A DNA stretch of 64,000 bases, taken from positions 11,213-75,212 of the forward strand of contig JANSXV010000006.1 of the NCBI GenBank assembly GCA_024742735.1. Direction: 5' to 3'. Made by a program: the position numbers and the translations under genes. Below are positions 41,542-51,815 of the stretch, one piece after another. Positions within the stretch are counted from its first letter, which is position 1. Every line of letters starts with the position of its first letter. The DNA is from Alphaproteobacteria bacterium (GTDB lineage Bacteria > Pseudomonadota > Alphaproteobacteria > Caulobacterales > Maricaulaceae). The notes under the pieces were generated by a model. That model was not told the DNA's origin. It saw only the letters and a list, made by a program, of their open reading frames with translations, and ran no database searches.

Positions 41542-42986
41542 CCCGGACGCTCGCCTCCCTCCTGCCCCAGGGGCTGACTGCGCCCGCCGAGGCCGCGGCG
41601 CTGGAGATCACCGGTCTGGCGCTGGATAGCCGCAAGGTTCAACCCGGCGACCTGTTCGCCGCGCTTCCCGGCGTAAAGACCGACGGGCGCAAGTTCATCG
41701 CCATGGCGGTGGAGAACGGCGCAGTCGCCGTGCTGGCGCCGCGCGGGACGCAAGCCCCGGTTCCTGTGATTGAAGCCGACGACACGCCCGGCGCTCTGGC
41801 GGCGATGGCGGCGCGCTTCTATCCGCACCAGCCCGATGTGATTGCGGCGGTCACCGGCACCAACGGCAAGAGCTCGACCGTGGAATTCCTGCGCCAGATC
41901 TGGGCGGCGAGCGGTCATGAAGCGGCGTGTCTGGGCACGCTTGGCGTCACCCGCGCAACCGGGCGGACCGAAGTGGGCTACACGACGCCGGACGCCATCG
42001 CCCTGCATCGCTCGCTGGATGCGCTGGCCGATGATGGTGTCACCCATCTGGCCATGGAGGCCTCCTCCCATGGGCTGAAGCAGCGCCGCATGGACGGGGT
42101 TCGGGTCACGGCGGCGGCGTTCACCAATCTGACCCAGGATCACCTGGATTATCATCCGGACTTCGAGGATTACTTCACATCCAAAATGCGCCTGTTCAAC
42201 GCCCTGAGCGAGGCTGGTTCACCTGCGGTGATCTGGATGGACAATGACTGGGCGCCGCGTGTCGCCGAGGCGTGCCGGGCGGCCGGGCTTGAGGTGATCG
42301 AAGCAGGCTGGCGCGGCCGGGATCTGGCCGTCACCGAGATTCTACCCCACGCCGCCAGCCAGGAGGTGAGCTTCACCTGGCGCGGCGAAGAGCGCCGAGT
42401 CGACCTGCCGCTCATCGGGGAGTTCCAGACCTCCAACGCTCTTGTGGCCGCCGCGCTCGCCATCGCCACGGGCGTTGGGCCGGACGCGGCGTTCGCGGCG
42501 CTGGGCGGCCTGACCGGCGTCGCCGGACGCCTGCAGCAGGTCGGCGAAGCCGCCGTCGGCGCCCCGATCCTTCTGGACTTCGCCCATACGCCGGACGGGC
42601 TGGACCATCTGCTGCGCGCCGCCAGACCGCATACGCGCGGCCGCATCCATCTGGTGTTCGGCGCGGGCGGCGACCGCGATCCGTCCAAGCGCGAAAAGAT
42701 GGGGGCGGTCGCAGCAAGGCTCGCCGATCACATCATCGTCACAGACGATAACCCGCGCAGCGAAGAGCCGTCCGCAATCCGCGCGGCCATTCTGAAGGGC
42801 TGCCCGGACGCCAAGGAAATCGGAGATCGGGAAAGCGCCATTCGCGCCGGGATCAAAGGCCTTGAAGCGGGCGATGTCCTGCTGATCGCCGGCAAGGGTC
42901 ACGAGACCGGCCAGATTGTCGGCGACCGGGTCATCCCGTTTGATGAGCCGGCCATCGTTCGGCGCATTCTCGCGGAGGGCGCGTGA
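41538..42986 (+). CDS. murE: UDP-MurNAc-dipeptide:DAP ligase
   Basis: TGTNGKSS, EASSH, FTNLTQDHLDYH, DNPRSE, AGKGHE. Confidence 0.96.
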   Translation: MTRTLASLLPQGLTAPAEAAALEITGLALDSRKVQPGDLFAALPGVKTDGRKFIAMAVENGAVAVLAPRGTQAPVPVIEADDTPGALAAMAARFYPHQPDVIAAVTGTNGKSSTVEFLRQIWAASGHEAACLGTLGVTRATGRTEVGYTTPDAIALHRSLDALADDGVTHLAMEASSHGLKQRRMDGVRVTAAAFTNLTQDHLDYHPDFEDYFTSKMRLFNALSEAGSPAVIWMDNDWAPRVAEACRAAGLEVIEAGWRGRDLAVTEILPHAASQEVSFTWRGEERRVDLPLIGEFQTSNALVAAALAIATGVGPDAAFAALGGLTGVAGRLQQVGEAAVGAPILLDFAHTPDGLDHLLRAARPHTRGRIHLVFGAGGDRDPSKREKMGAVAARLADHIIVTDDNPRSEEPSAIRAAILKGCPDAKEIGDRESAIRAGIKGLEAGDVLLIAGKGHETGQIVGDRVIPFDEPAIVRRILAEGA

Positions 42987-44386
42987 TGGGTAACGGCCTG
43001 TGGACCGCGCGCGAGGCTGCGAATGCTGCTGGAGGGCGCCTGACTGACGGCGGCTGGACGGCGACCGGCGTGTCCATCGATACGCGCACGCTTCAGCCCG
43101 GCGATCTGTTCGTGGCGCTGACCGATCAGCGGGACGGCCATGACTTCGCGCAGGACGCGTTAAACAAGGGTGCGGCGGCCGTCATGGTGTCGCGCGCTGA
43201 GTGCGCCAGCGGGCCGCGCCTGGTCGTTGATGATGTTCTCAAAGGCCTGCGCGCCCTGGGTGAGGGCGCGCGCCAGCGCTGCGACGGCGTACGCGTCGGC
43301 GTGACCGGCTCGGTTGGCAAGACCGGTGTCAAGGAGGCGCTCGCCGCCATTTTCCGCGCTGCGGGCCGGGCCCACTGGAGCGAGAAGAGCTACAACAATC
43401 ACTGGGGCGTGCCGCTGACCCTGTCTCGCATGCCCGCCGACACCGAGCGCGCGGTGTTCGAGATGGGCATGAACCATGCCGGCGAGATCGAGGATCTGGT
43501 CTCCATGGTGCGTCCTCACGTCGGTCTTATTACGAAGATTGCGCCCGCCCACCTGGAAAATCTGGGCTCCATGGAGGCCATCGCCGACGCCAAGGCGGAG
43601 ATCTTCTCCGGCCTCGCCGATGACGCTGTGGCGGTTGTCCCGGCCGATGATGAATTCGCACCGCGCCTGATGGACGCCGTGGCGGTGTCGCGTGCCGCTT
43701 TCCTGATCGATTTCGGCTGGAATCCGAAAGCCGCTGTTCGGGTTCTGAGCTATGACGAAGGCCCCGAGGGCGGGATCGGCCAGATCGACCTGATGGGCCG
43801 GAAAATGGATCTGCGCCTGCGCCTGTCAGGCATGCACCAGGCCGTCAACGCGGCGGGATCGCTGGCGGCGGCGTTTGCAGCCGGCGTCGATCCGGAGCTC
43901 GCGCTCGACACGCTGTCACGGCTGGAGCCGGTCGCCGGCCGGGGCGCGCGCTTTGAGACGAGGCTGAGCGGCGAGCGCCGCGTCACCGTGATCGATGAGA
44001 GCTACAACGCCAATCCCGCCTCCATGGCGGCGGCCCTGACCGGCCTGAAGGCGCGCGCGCCGAAAGGCTCAGGCAAGCGCATCGCGGTTCTGGGCGAGAT
44101 GCTCGAGCTGGGTCCGGACTCACCGGCTCTGCACGCCAGCCTCGCCGGTCCGGTTCAGGATGCAGGCGCGGATCTTGTCATCGCCGTTGGAAAAGGCGCG
44201 AAAGCGCTGGCTGAGGCGCTGGAGGGCCGGGTCGAGACGGTCTGGGCCGCCGATGCGGCGCGAGCAGGAGAACTGCTGCTGAAGAAAGCCGGGGATGGCG
44301 ACGTGGTGTTAATCAAGGGGTCCAATGCTTCAGGCGTTCATAAAGTCGCCGCATCCTTGAAAAACGCTGACGCCTCCGCCGCCTAG
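42986..44386 (+). CDS. murF: UDP-MurNAc-tripeptide:D-Ala-D-Ala ligase
   Basis: [40 protein letters not shown]. Confidence 0.96.
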   Translation: MGNGLWTAREAANAAGGRLTDGGWTATGVSIDTRTLQPGDLFVALTDQRDGHDFAQDALNKGAAAVMVSRAECASGPRLVVDDVLKGLRALGEGARQRCDGVRVGVTGSVGKTGVKEALAAIFRAAGRAHWSEKSYNNHWGVPLTLSRMPADTERAVFEMGMNHAGEIEDLVSMVRPHVGLITKIAPAHLENLGSMEAIADAKAEIFSGLADDAVAVVPADDEFAPRLMDAVAVSRAAFLIDFGWNPKAAVRVLSYDEGPEGGIGQIDLMGRKMDLRLRLSGMHQAVNAAGSLAAAFAAGVDPELALDTLSRLEPVAGRGARFETRLSGERRVTVIDESYNANPASMAAALTGLKARAPKGSGKRIAVLGEMLELGPDSPALHASLAGPVQDAGADLVIAVGKGAKALAEALEGRVETVWAADAARAGELLLKKAGDGDVVLIKGSNASGVHKVAASLKNADASAA

Positions 44387-44399
44387 GCCTGAGAGATCC

Positions 44400-45500
44400 A
44401 TGTTCTACCTGTTCCTCGCCCCACTCGCTGACCAGTTCCAGCTGTTCAACGTTTTCAGTTACCTGACCTTCCGCACCGGCGGCGCTTTGATGACCGCCTT
44501 CGTCATCGCGCTGGTGATCGGCAAGCCCTTCATCGCCTGGCTTCGGACCAAGGGCTCCCAGCCGATTCGCGACGACGGTCCGGAAAGCCACATCGTCGCC
44601 AAGGCCGGGACGCCGACCATGGGCGGGTTCATCATCCTGGCCGCGATCATCGGATCGACGCTGCTGTGGGGCGATCTGACCAATCAGTATCTCTGGGTGG
44701 TCATGTTCGTGACGGCGGGCTTCGGCCTGATCGGTTTCATCGACGACTGGCGCAAGGTCACCCAGAAATCGCACAAGGGCCTGTCCGCGCGCGGCAAGCT
44801 GGTGCTGCAATTCACCGTCTCGCTGGTCGCTGTGATCTGGATGGTCCAGCTTCTGTCCAATGCGCCCGGCGCGCCTGAGGGCTTCGCCACGTCGGTCGCC
44901 GTGCCCTTCTTCAAGGACGTGTTCGTACCGCTCAGCTACGCCTTCTTCCTGTTCGGCATGGTCGTGATCGTGGGCGCCTCCAATGCGGTGAATCTGACCG
45001 ACGGCCTGGACGGGCTCGCCATCGTTCCCGTCATGATCGCCGCCGGGGCGTTCGCCTTCATCGCCTATTTCGTGGGCAACGCGGTCTATTCCGACTACCT
45101 GTTCCTGAACTTCACGCCGGGCACGGGCGAGCTGGCGCTGATCTGCGGGGCGATCATCGGCGCCGGGCTCGGCTTTCTCTGGTACAACGCGCCGCCGGCC
45201 ATGGTGTTCATGGGCGACACCGGCTCACTGTCGCTGGGCGGAGCCATCGGAACCATCGCCGTGGCGGTCAAGCACGAGATCGTGCTGGTCATCATTGGCG
45301 GGCTGTTCGTTCTGGAGGCGGTGTCGGTCTTCGTACAGGTCGCCAGCTTCAAGCTGACCGGCAAGCGCGTGTTCAAGATGGCGCCCATCCACCACCACTT
45401 TGAAAAACTCGGCTGGGCCGAACCGACCATCGTGATCCGCTTCTGGATCATCGCGGTCGTGCTCGCCCTTATCGGACTGTCGACCCTGAAGCTGCGCTAG
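44400..45500 (+). CDS. mraY: Phospho-MurNAc-pentapeptide transferase
   Basis: [39 protein letters not shown]. Confidence 0.97.
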   Translation: MFYLFLAPLADQFQLFNVFSYLTFRTGGALMTAFVIALVIGKPFIAWLRTKGSQPIRDDGPESHIVAKAGTPTMGGFIILAAIIGSTLLWGDLTNQYLWVVMFVTAGFGLIGFIDDWRKVTQKSHKGLSARGKLVLQFTVSLVAVIWMVQLLSNAPGAPEGFATSVAVPFFKDVFVPLSYAFFLFGMVVIVGASNAVNLTDGLDGLAIVPVMIAAGAFAFIAYFVGNAVYSDYLFLNFTPGTGELALICGAIIGAGLGFLWYNAPPAMVFMGDTGSLSLGGAIGTIAVAVKHEIVLVIIGGLFVLEAVSVFVQVASFKLTGKRVFKMAPIHHHFEKLGWAEPTIVIRFWIIAVVLALIGLSTLKLR

Positions 45501-45513
45501 GAGGCCAGGCTCC

Positions 45514-46812
45514 ATGATCCCGCTGCGCGCCCATGCCGGCCGCCGCGTCAGTGTCCTCTCCCTCGGCGGAGCAGGTCTGACGGCGGCGCGCGCGCTGCAC
45601 GCGGGCGGGGCCGAAGTCACGGTCTGGGACAGCGGAGAAGCCCGGCGGTGCGAGGCTGAAGCTCTCGGGCTGACGGTCGAGGATCTGACGACGCGGGACT
45701 GGTCGGACCTCTCCGCCCTGGTGGTCGGAGACGCCGGCTTGCTGGAGGAAGACCCGGCCCCGCGTCTGATCGACATGGCGCGCGCTCTGGATGCGCCGCT
45801 GATCACAGCCGAACACCTGCTGTGCGAGAACTATGCGGCGTCCGGCGCCTGTTTCACCGCCGGGCTCGGCCGTCAGGCGCTGGCGGCGCTGCATTTCTCC
45901 GCGCACCTGCTGCGTGAGACAGGCCAGCCCGTCATCGGACCTGAACCGCCTCAGCTGTTTCGAGACCCAAATCCCGCGGCTGTTCTGATGGCGCAGTGCG
46001 AGCGTGCGCCGACCGCGACTCCGAAGGCGGCATGTCTTCTCGACGGCGCCGGCGTAGCGACCGATCTGCGCAACTTGTCTCAGGCGGTCACCGGACCGCT
46101 CGTGCTCAGCGCCGATGATCCAGCCGTGCGCCGCCTGTCGGTGTCGGGGATCAAGCGTGCGAGTCTGGTCTCCGGCCGGTCCGCGCTGGCTCGCGGCGTC
46201 TTTGTCGCGGCCGGGCGCCTTTTCGATGCGCTCGACGGGCGCGCGCAGCGCGTGGCGGACCTCGCCGATGCGCCGGGTTGCGCCCAGGGTCACCCTCTGG
46301 CGCTGGCGGCCGGCTATGCGCTGGCGCGCGGGTTGGGCCTGTCGTTTGACGATGCCCGCGACGGCGTTGCGAGCTATCGCGGATGTCCCGGTCATGGCGC
46401 GCCGCTGGGCCAGATCGGACCGCTCGTGCTCGCGGACTGGTCGAAGGCGTCCGACGCCCGCTCGCTCGTCGACGCGCTCAAGCGCGGCCAGCCCTCGGTC
46501 TGGCTGGCGGGCCCGTCGGTCGATCCGAAACTGCCCGCCCTGCTGGAGGCGAGCGGCGCCGCGCCGAGTGCGGTCATCCTGACCGGCGATCGCCGCCGCG
46601 CCCGGCGCAAGCTCGCCCGGCTCTGCCCGGTCCACGTGGAGCGGGACGTCACCGGCGCCATGGCCCTGGCGGTGCACGCCGCGCTGCGCGCCGGGCCGGG
46701 CGCCGCCATCATTTTCGCCCCGGGCGGGCCGTGCGAGCCCGGGCTCGGCGATGATCTGGCCCAGGCGATGAACAGCCTCATGGCCCGTGCAACACAGGGA
46801 GACGCCGCATGA
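45514..46812 (+). CDS. MurD-derived protein lacking catalytic motifs (pseudoenzyme)
   Basis: At the murD position; N-terminus aligns with MurD (GLTAARAL..GG.EV.VWD..DW); P-loop, ExSS, NxxxDHLDRH, HRxE, DSKATN and SPAxASFDQ are all altered; ORF intact. Confidence 0.8.
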   Translation: MIPLRAHAGRRVSVLSLGGAGLTAARALHAGGAEVTVWDSGEARRCEAEALGLTVEDLTTRDWSDLSALVVGDAGLLEEDPAPRLIDMARALDAPLITAEHLLCENYAASGACFTAGLGRQALAALHFSAHLLRETGQPVIGPEPPQLFRDPNPAAVLMAQCERAPTATPKAACLLDGAGVATDLRNLSQAVTGPLVLSADDPAVRRLSVSGIKRASLVSGRSALARGVFVAAGRLFDALDGRAQRVADLADAPGCAQGHPLALAAGYALARGLGLSFDDARDGVASYRGCPGHGAPLGQIGPLVLADWSKASDARSLVDALKRGQPSVWLAGPSVDPKLPALLEASGAAPSAVILTGDRRRARRKLARLCPVHVERDVTGAMALAVHAALRAGPGAAIIFAPGGPCEPGLGDDLAQAMNSLMARATQGDAA

Positions 46813-47936
46813 GCGCGCGCAGACGTGAGCCCAGCCTGTGGGCCGGACTGGATCAGCCGATCCTGGCCATCGTGATCTTCCTGATGGTGATCGGGATCGT
46901 CCTGTCCTTCGCAGCGAGCCCGGCGGTGTCGACGGCGGCCGACCCCTGGTACTTCCTGAAGCGCCAGCTCTTGTTCGCAGGTGTCGGTGTTGCGATCCTG
47001 TCGGTTGCAGCCGCGTTGTCGATCACGGGTGTGAGGCGCATGGCGGGCCTGGCCCTATTGTTCAGCCTCGTGCTTCTGGTGCTCACGCCCTTCATCGGCG
47101 TCGAATTGAACGGCGCATCGCGCTGGATCCATGTCGCCGGCTTTTCAATTCAGGCCAGTGAGATCCTCAAGCCGTCCTTCATCGTCTTCACCGCATGGCT
47201 GTTCGCCGAGGAAGACCGGGGCGCGCCTGTGCCGGGCAGGCTCGCCGCATTCATCCTGTACGGGCTTTGCGTCGCGCTCCTGATGATCCAGCCCGATTTC
47301 GGGCAGACGGTCCTGATCACGCTGGTGTTCGGCGCGCTCTTGTGGGCGTCGGGTCTCGCCTGGAAGCATACCGCCATGCTTGCCGGCGCGGCGGTCGCCG
47401 GAGCGGCCGGAGCCTACGCGGCGCTGCCGCACATCCGCGCTCGCATCGCCGACTTCCTGAGTCCGGCCTCCGACATCGCGGCGCGCACCCAGACCGACAT
47501 CGCCATGGACGCCATCGCCCGAGGCGGCGTCTGGGGGGCCGGGCCCGGGGAGGGTGAGATCAAACATGTCCTGCCCATGGCCAACACCGACTTCGTGTTC
47601 GCCGTAGCCGCTGAAGAGTTCGGGCTGATCGCCTCGCTCGCCATCATCGGGCTGTTCGCCCTGCTGTTCCTGCGCGCCTGGACGCTGGCGCTGCGCATGA
47701 CCGATCCCTTCGCCCAGCTGGCCACCGCCGGTCTCGCGCTCCTTTTCGGCCTGCAGGCGCTGGTGAACATCGCGGTCAATCTTGATATCGCTCCGCCCAC
47801 GGGCATGACGCTGCCCTTCATCTCCTACGGAGGCTCCTCCATGGCGGCGCTGTGCTTTTCCGCCGGTCTGATGTTGGCCCTGACCCGCAAGCGGCCGGGC
47901 GCCTACGCCCCGCGCGAGCGCCGGGCGGTCGCATGA
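46809..47936 (+). CDS. ftsW: Septal PG glycosyltransferase FtsW
   Basis: GASRWI, QASEILKP, QPDFG, NTDFVFAVAAEEFG, TGMTLPFISYGGSS. Confidence 0.96.
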   Translation: MSARRREPSLWAGLDQPILAIVIFLMVIGIVLSFAASPAVSTAADPWYFLKRQLLFAGVGVAILSVAAALSITGVRRMAGLALLFSLVLLVLTPFIGVELNGASRWIHVAGFSIQASEILKPSFIVFTAWLFAEEDRGAPVPGRLAAFILYGLCVALLMIQPDFGQTVLITLVFGALLWASGLAWKHTAMLAGAAVAGAAGAYAALPHIRARIADFLSPASDIAARTQTDIAMDAIARGGVWGAGPGEGEIKHVLPMANTDFVFAVAAEEFGLIASLAIIGLFALLFLRAWTLALRMTDPFAQLATAGLALLFGLQALVNIAVNLDIAPPTGMTLPFISYGGSSMAALCFSAGLMLALTRKRPGAYAPRERRAVA

Positions 47937-49024
47937 CGGGCAAGGCGCTGTTCGCCGCCGGCGGCACCGGAGGGCACATGTTCCCGGCCCGCGCCGCCGC
48001 CGATGCTCTGATCGCGCGCGGCTGGGAGGTGCGACTGGTCACCGATGCGCGCGGCGCCAAGCATGCTCGCGACTTTCCCGGCGGCGATCCCGTCGTGATC
48101 GAGGCCCAAAGCCCGTTCCAGAAGAACCCGGTCAGGCTGGTGGGCGCACTGGCCAGTCTGGCCAAAGGCTACCGCCAGACCTCGCGGCTCATGGCGGACT
48201 TTCAGCCCGATGTGGTCGCCGGCTTCGGCGGCTATCCGGCCTTTCCGGTGCTGGCGGCGGCGCGGTCAAGGAAAGTTCCCTTCGTCATCCACGAACAGAA
48301 TGCGGTGCTGGGCCGGGTGAACCGGTTGTTCTCCGGCTCGGCGGTGTGCGTCGCGTCCGGCTTTGAGCGCCTGGACCGGGCGAGCGTGAAGGTTGATCAC
48401 AAAGTCGTCGGCAATCCCGTACGCGCCGCCGTTCTGAAAGCGGCTGAAACCCCCTACGCCGCGCCGCCGCCGGAGGGCGAGTTCCGCCTGCTTGTGATCG
48501 GCGGCAGCCTGGGCGCACGGCTTCTGTCGGTGACAGTCCCGCGCGCCGTGGCGGTGTTGCCCGAGGCCCTGCGCCAACGTCTGAAAGTGGTCCAGCAGAC
48601 CCGGGAGGAGACCCTGGACGAAGCCCGGCAGCTCTATTCTGAAGCCGGGGTCGAGGCCGAGTTGGCGCCGTTCTTCCAGGACATGGGCAAGCTCTACGCG
48701 GACGCCCATCTGGTGATCAGCCGGGCCGGCGCCAGCTCGGTCAGCGAAATCGCCGCCATCGGCCGGCCGGCGATCTTCGTTCCGTTGGCCGTCGCCATGG
48801 ATGATCACCAGACTGCGAACGCTGAAAGCCTTGTCGAAGCTGGCGCCGCCGAAGCGATCAGTGAGGCCGAATTGACCGTCCAGCGCCTGCGCGAGAGCCT
48901 TGAAACGGCCATGACCGGCGGCGAAGCTCTCTCCAAGCAGGCCGAAGCGGCCCGCGCGCTCGGAAAGCCCTCGGCCCACGAGCACCTCGCCGATCTCATC
49001 GAAGCTGCCGCAGAAGCCTCCTGA
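47933..49024 (+). CDS. murG: Lipid II GlcNAc transferase
   Basis: AGGTGGHMFPA, GFGGY, HEQN, GGSLGA, RAGASS, HQTANA. Confidence 0.96.
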   Translation: MTGKALFAAGGTGGHMFPARAAADALIARGWEVRLVTDARGAKHARDFPGGDPVVIEAQSPFQKNPVRLVGALASLAKGYRQTSRLMADFQPDVVAGFGGYPAFPVLAAARSRKVPFVIHEQNAVLGRVNRLFSGSAVCVASGFERLDRASVKVDHKVVGNPVRAAVLKAAETPYAAPPPEGEFRLLVIGGSLGARLLSVTVPRAVAVLPEALRQRLKVVQQTREETLDEARQLYSEAGVEAELAPFFQDMGKLYADAHLVISRAGASSVSEIAAIGRPAIFVPLAVAMDDHQTANAESLVEAGAAEAISEAELTVQRLRESLETAMTGGEALSKQAEAARALGKPSAHEHLADLIEAAAEAS

Positions 49025-49027
49025 CCC

Positions 49028-50437
49028 ATGCCGCCCATTGATCTGCCCGCCTCCGTCGCGCCTGTTCACTTCGTCGGCATCGGCGGCATCGGGATGAGCG
49101 GCATCGCCGAAGTCATGCTCAATCTGGGCTATGCGGTCACCGGCTCGGACATCAAGGAGAGCGCCAACACCGAGCGGCTGAAGGCGAAGGGCGCGACTAT
49201 CCATATCGGCCATGACGCCGCCAATGTGGCGGGCGCCGGCGCGCTGGTGGTTTCAAGCGCGGTGAAGCGCGACAATCCCGAACTCGCTGCGGCGCGAGCC
49301 AGGCGCGTCCCTGTCGTGCGCCGTGCAGAGATGCTGGCCGAGCTGATGCGTCTGAAGCATGCGGTTGCGGTCGCCGGCACCCATGGCAAGACCACCACGA
49401 CCAGCCTGGTCGCCACGCTGATGGATGCGGCAGGCTTTGATCCCACGGTCATCAATGGCGGGATCATCTCCGCCTACGGCTCGAACGCCAAGATGGGCGA
49501 GGGCGACTGGATGGTGGTGGAGGCCGACGAGAGCGACGGGTCCTTCCTGAAGCTGCGCGGCTCGGTGGGGATCATCACCAATATCGATCCCGAACACATG
49601 GAGCACTATGGCGGCTTCGACGCCCTGCGCGCCGCGTTCGGGCAGTTTGTCGAGAACCTGCCCTTTTACGGCTTCGCAGTGCTGTGTATCGACCACCCGG
49701 AAGTCCAGGCGCTGGCTGCGCGGATCGAGGACCGTCGGGTCATCACCTATGGCGTCTCGCCCCAGGCCGATGTGCGCATCACCAATCTCGCCATGGATCC
49801 GGCCGGCGCCCATTTCGATCTGACCTTCCAGCCGCGCGGGTCCGAGCCGGTGAGCTGGACCGGGCTGTCCCTGCCCATGATGGGCGAGCACAACGTGCTG
49901 AACGCCGCCGGCGCCATCGCCGTGGTTCAGGCCCTGGGCGGTGAGGAAGCCGAAGTGCGCGCCGGCCTTGCCGGATTCTCCGGCGTGAAGCGGCGCTTCA
50001 CCGTGGTGGGCGAGACCGGCGGCGTCACCATCGTGGATGATTACGGCCATCACCCCGTAGAAATCGCCGCAGTGCTCAAAGCCGCCCGCCAGCGTGCCGG
50101 CGAAGGGCGTGTCCATGCCGTCGTCCAGCCTCACCGCTATACCCGGCTCCATGACCTGTTCGAGGATTTCTGCACCTGCTTCAACGACGCCGACAGCGTG
50201 CTGGTGACTCCGGTCTATACCGCCGGCGAAGACCCGATCGAGGGCGCCGATCAGGACAGTCTCGTCGCTGGCCTGGGCCGTCACGGCCACCGCGACGCCG
50301 CCGCGACGACGCGGCCGCAACTGCCCGCCGACCTGAAGGCGCGGGTCAAGCCGGGCGACCTTGTCGTCTGCCTCGGCGCCGGAGACATCACGGCCTGGGC
50401 GGCTGAATTGCCGGAGCGTCTGGAGGGCGCCCGGTGA
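49028..50437 (+). CDS. murC: UDP-MurNAc:L-Ala ligase
   Basis: [40 protein letters not shown]. Confidence 0.97.
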   Translation: MPPIDLPASVAPVHFVGIGGIGMSGIAEVMLNLGYAVTGSDIKESANTERLKAKGATIHIGHDAANVAGAGALVVSSAVKRDNPELAAARARRVPVVRRAEMLAELMRLKHAVAVAGTHGKTTTTSLVATLMDAAGFDPTVINGGIISAYGSNAKMGEGDWMVVEADESDGSFLKLRGSVGIITNIDPEHMEHYGGFDALRAAFGQFVENLPFYGFAVLCIDHPEVQALAARIEDRRVITYGVSPQADVRITNLAMDPAGAHFDLTFQPRGSEPVSWTGLSLPMMGEHNVLNAAGAIAVVQALGGEEAEVRAGLAGFSGVKRRFTVVGETGGVTIVDDYGHHPVEIAAVLKAARQRAGEGRVHAVVQPHRYTRLHDLFEDFCTCFNDADSVLVTPVYTAGEDPIEGADQDSLVAGLGRHGHRDAAATTRPQLPADLKARVKPGDLVVCLGAGDITAWAAELPERLEGAR

Positions 50438-50454
50438 GCCGCGTTCCGCCGCTT

Positions 50455-50849
50455 CCCCCCATTCCGACCCTCCCCCGCGGGGGGAGGGGGCGCTGTGTCG
50501 GCTTTTCCGCCCTGAGCTTCGAGCGTCCTGCAGCCGGCTGGGAACGAGTCCAGGACGCCGCCGTCTTCTCCCTCCCCTTGAGGGGAGGGCCGGGGTGGGG
50601 TGCGACGGCAAGGCGGCTCAGGCGCTGCGAACATCACCGCTCGGGCCGCGGAGCTGCCGGACCGTGTGGAGCCCGATCAGTAAGCGGCGTGCCGCCGCTC
50701 GCCCCCACCCCGACCCTCCCCCGTGGGGGGAGGGGGCGCTGTGTCGGCCCACATCCATTCATGAGCACGCGACGCCGTGGCGTCTCCAATGGATCACCAG
50801 CGAGCGCCGCCGTCTTCTCCCTCCCCTTGAGGGAAGGGCCAGGGTGGGG
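50455..50849. repeat. Two tandem units of inverted REP-like palindrome pairs (BIME/RIME-like)
   Basis: Left arm CCCCA(C/T)(C/T)CCGACCCTCCCCCG-N-GGGGGGAGGG at about 50456 and 50702; right arm is its inverted copy (CCCTCCCCTTGAGGG(G/A)AGGGCC..GGTGGGG) ending at 50600 and 50849. Confidence 0.85.
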
Positions 50850-50894
50850 TGTGACCGCGCGTGAGCGCGGTCCATCACCGGGACGGAGCGCCCC

Positions 50895-51815
50895 ATGACC
50901 CTCCTCTCCCGCCTCCCGTCGGTTCGCGGCAAGTTGATCGAGAACGCGCCGCTGGCCGACATCACCTGGCTGCGTGTCGGCGGTCCGGCGGAAGTGCTGT
51001 TCATTCCCGCCGACGAGGCCGACCTCGCCCGCTTCATGGGCGAGACGCCGCTAGACATCCCCGTCCATGTGCTGGGCGCGGGCTCGAACACCCTGGTGCG
51101 CGATGGAGGGCTGAAGGGGGTGACGATCAAGCTCGGTCCCGCCTTCGGCAAGGTGAGCGCTGAAGACGGCGCGAAACTGCGCGCGGGTGCGGCGGCGCTG
51201 GACAAATCGGTCGCGAAGACCGCGGCGAAGGCCGGGATCGCCGGGCTGGAGTTTTTTGTCGGCGTGCCGGGCGCCGTCGGCGGCGCGCTGCGCATGAACG
51301 CCGGGTGCTACGGGACCGAGACCAAGGACGTTCTGGTCGAGGCGGTCGCCATTGATCGCAAGGGACGGCGCATCGTCGCTCCGGTTCAGGAGCTGGGCTA
51401 CGCCTATCGCCACAGCGCGGCGCCCGCTGACTGGATCTTCGTCGAGGCCCTGTTCCAGGGGCGGCCCGACACGCCGGAAGCCGTCACCGAGCGGATGGAC
51501 GCGATCACCGCGAAGCGTGAAAGCACCCAGCCGATCCGGGAGAAGACCTCCGGTTCCACCTTCAAGAATCCCGATCCGGAGACCAGCGGCGGAAAGTCGG
51601 CCTGGCAGCTGGTCGACGCGGCGGGTTGGCGCGGGCGACCGATCGGCGGGGCGCGCTTTTCAGAGCAGCACTGCAATTTCCTGATTAATGACGGCAGGGC
51701 CACGGCCGCCGATCTGGAGACGCTGGGCGAGACCGTGCGCGCCGAGGTGAGACAGAAATTCGGCGTTGATCTCCACTGGGAGGTCAGGCGTGTAGGAGAG
51801 CGGGTGGATGGGTAG
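50895..51815 (+). CDS. murB: UDP-N-acetylenolpyruvoylglucosamine reductase
   Basis: [34 protein letters not shown]. Confidence 0.97.
   Translation: MTLLSRLPSVRGKLIENAPLADITWLRVGGPAEVLFIPADEADLARFMGETPLDIPVHVLGAGSNTLVRDGGLKGVTIKLGPAFGKVSAEDGAKLRAGAAALDKSVAKTAAKAGIAGLEFFVGVPGAVGGALRMNAGCYGTETKDVLVEAVAIDRKGRRIVAPVQELGYAYRHSAAPADWIFVEALFQGRPDTPEAVTERMDAITAKRESTQPIREKTSGSTFKNPDPETSGGKSAWQLVDAAGWRGRPIGGARFSEQHCNFLINDGRATAADLETLGETVRAEVRQKFGVDLHWEVRRVGERVDG

Noticed and set aside
45514-46812. Calling the murD-like gene a frameshifted pseudogene or a sequencing error
   Set aside because: The motif losses are spread over the whole length in one uninterrupted frame that still aligns from N- to C-terminus, which a single indel would not produce.
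50455-50849. Repeat-spacer-repeat pattern read as a mini-CRISPR
   Set aside because: The arms are inverted palindromic pairs with only two units, and there is no leader or cas gene; this fits REP/BIME-like elements.
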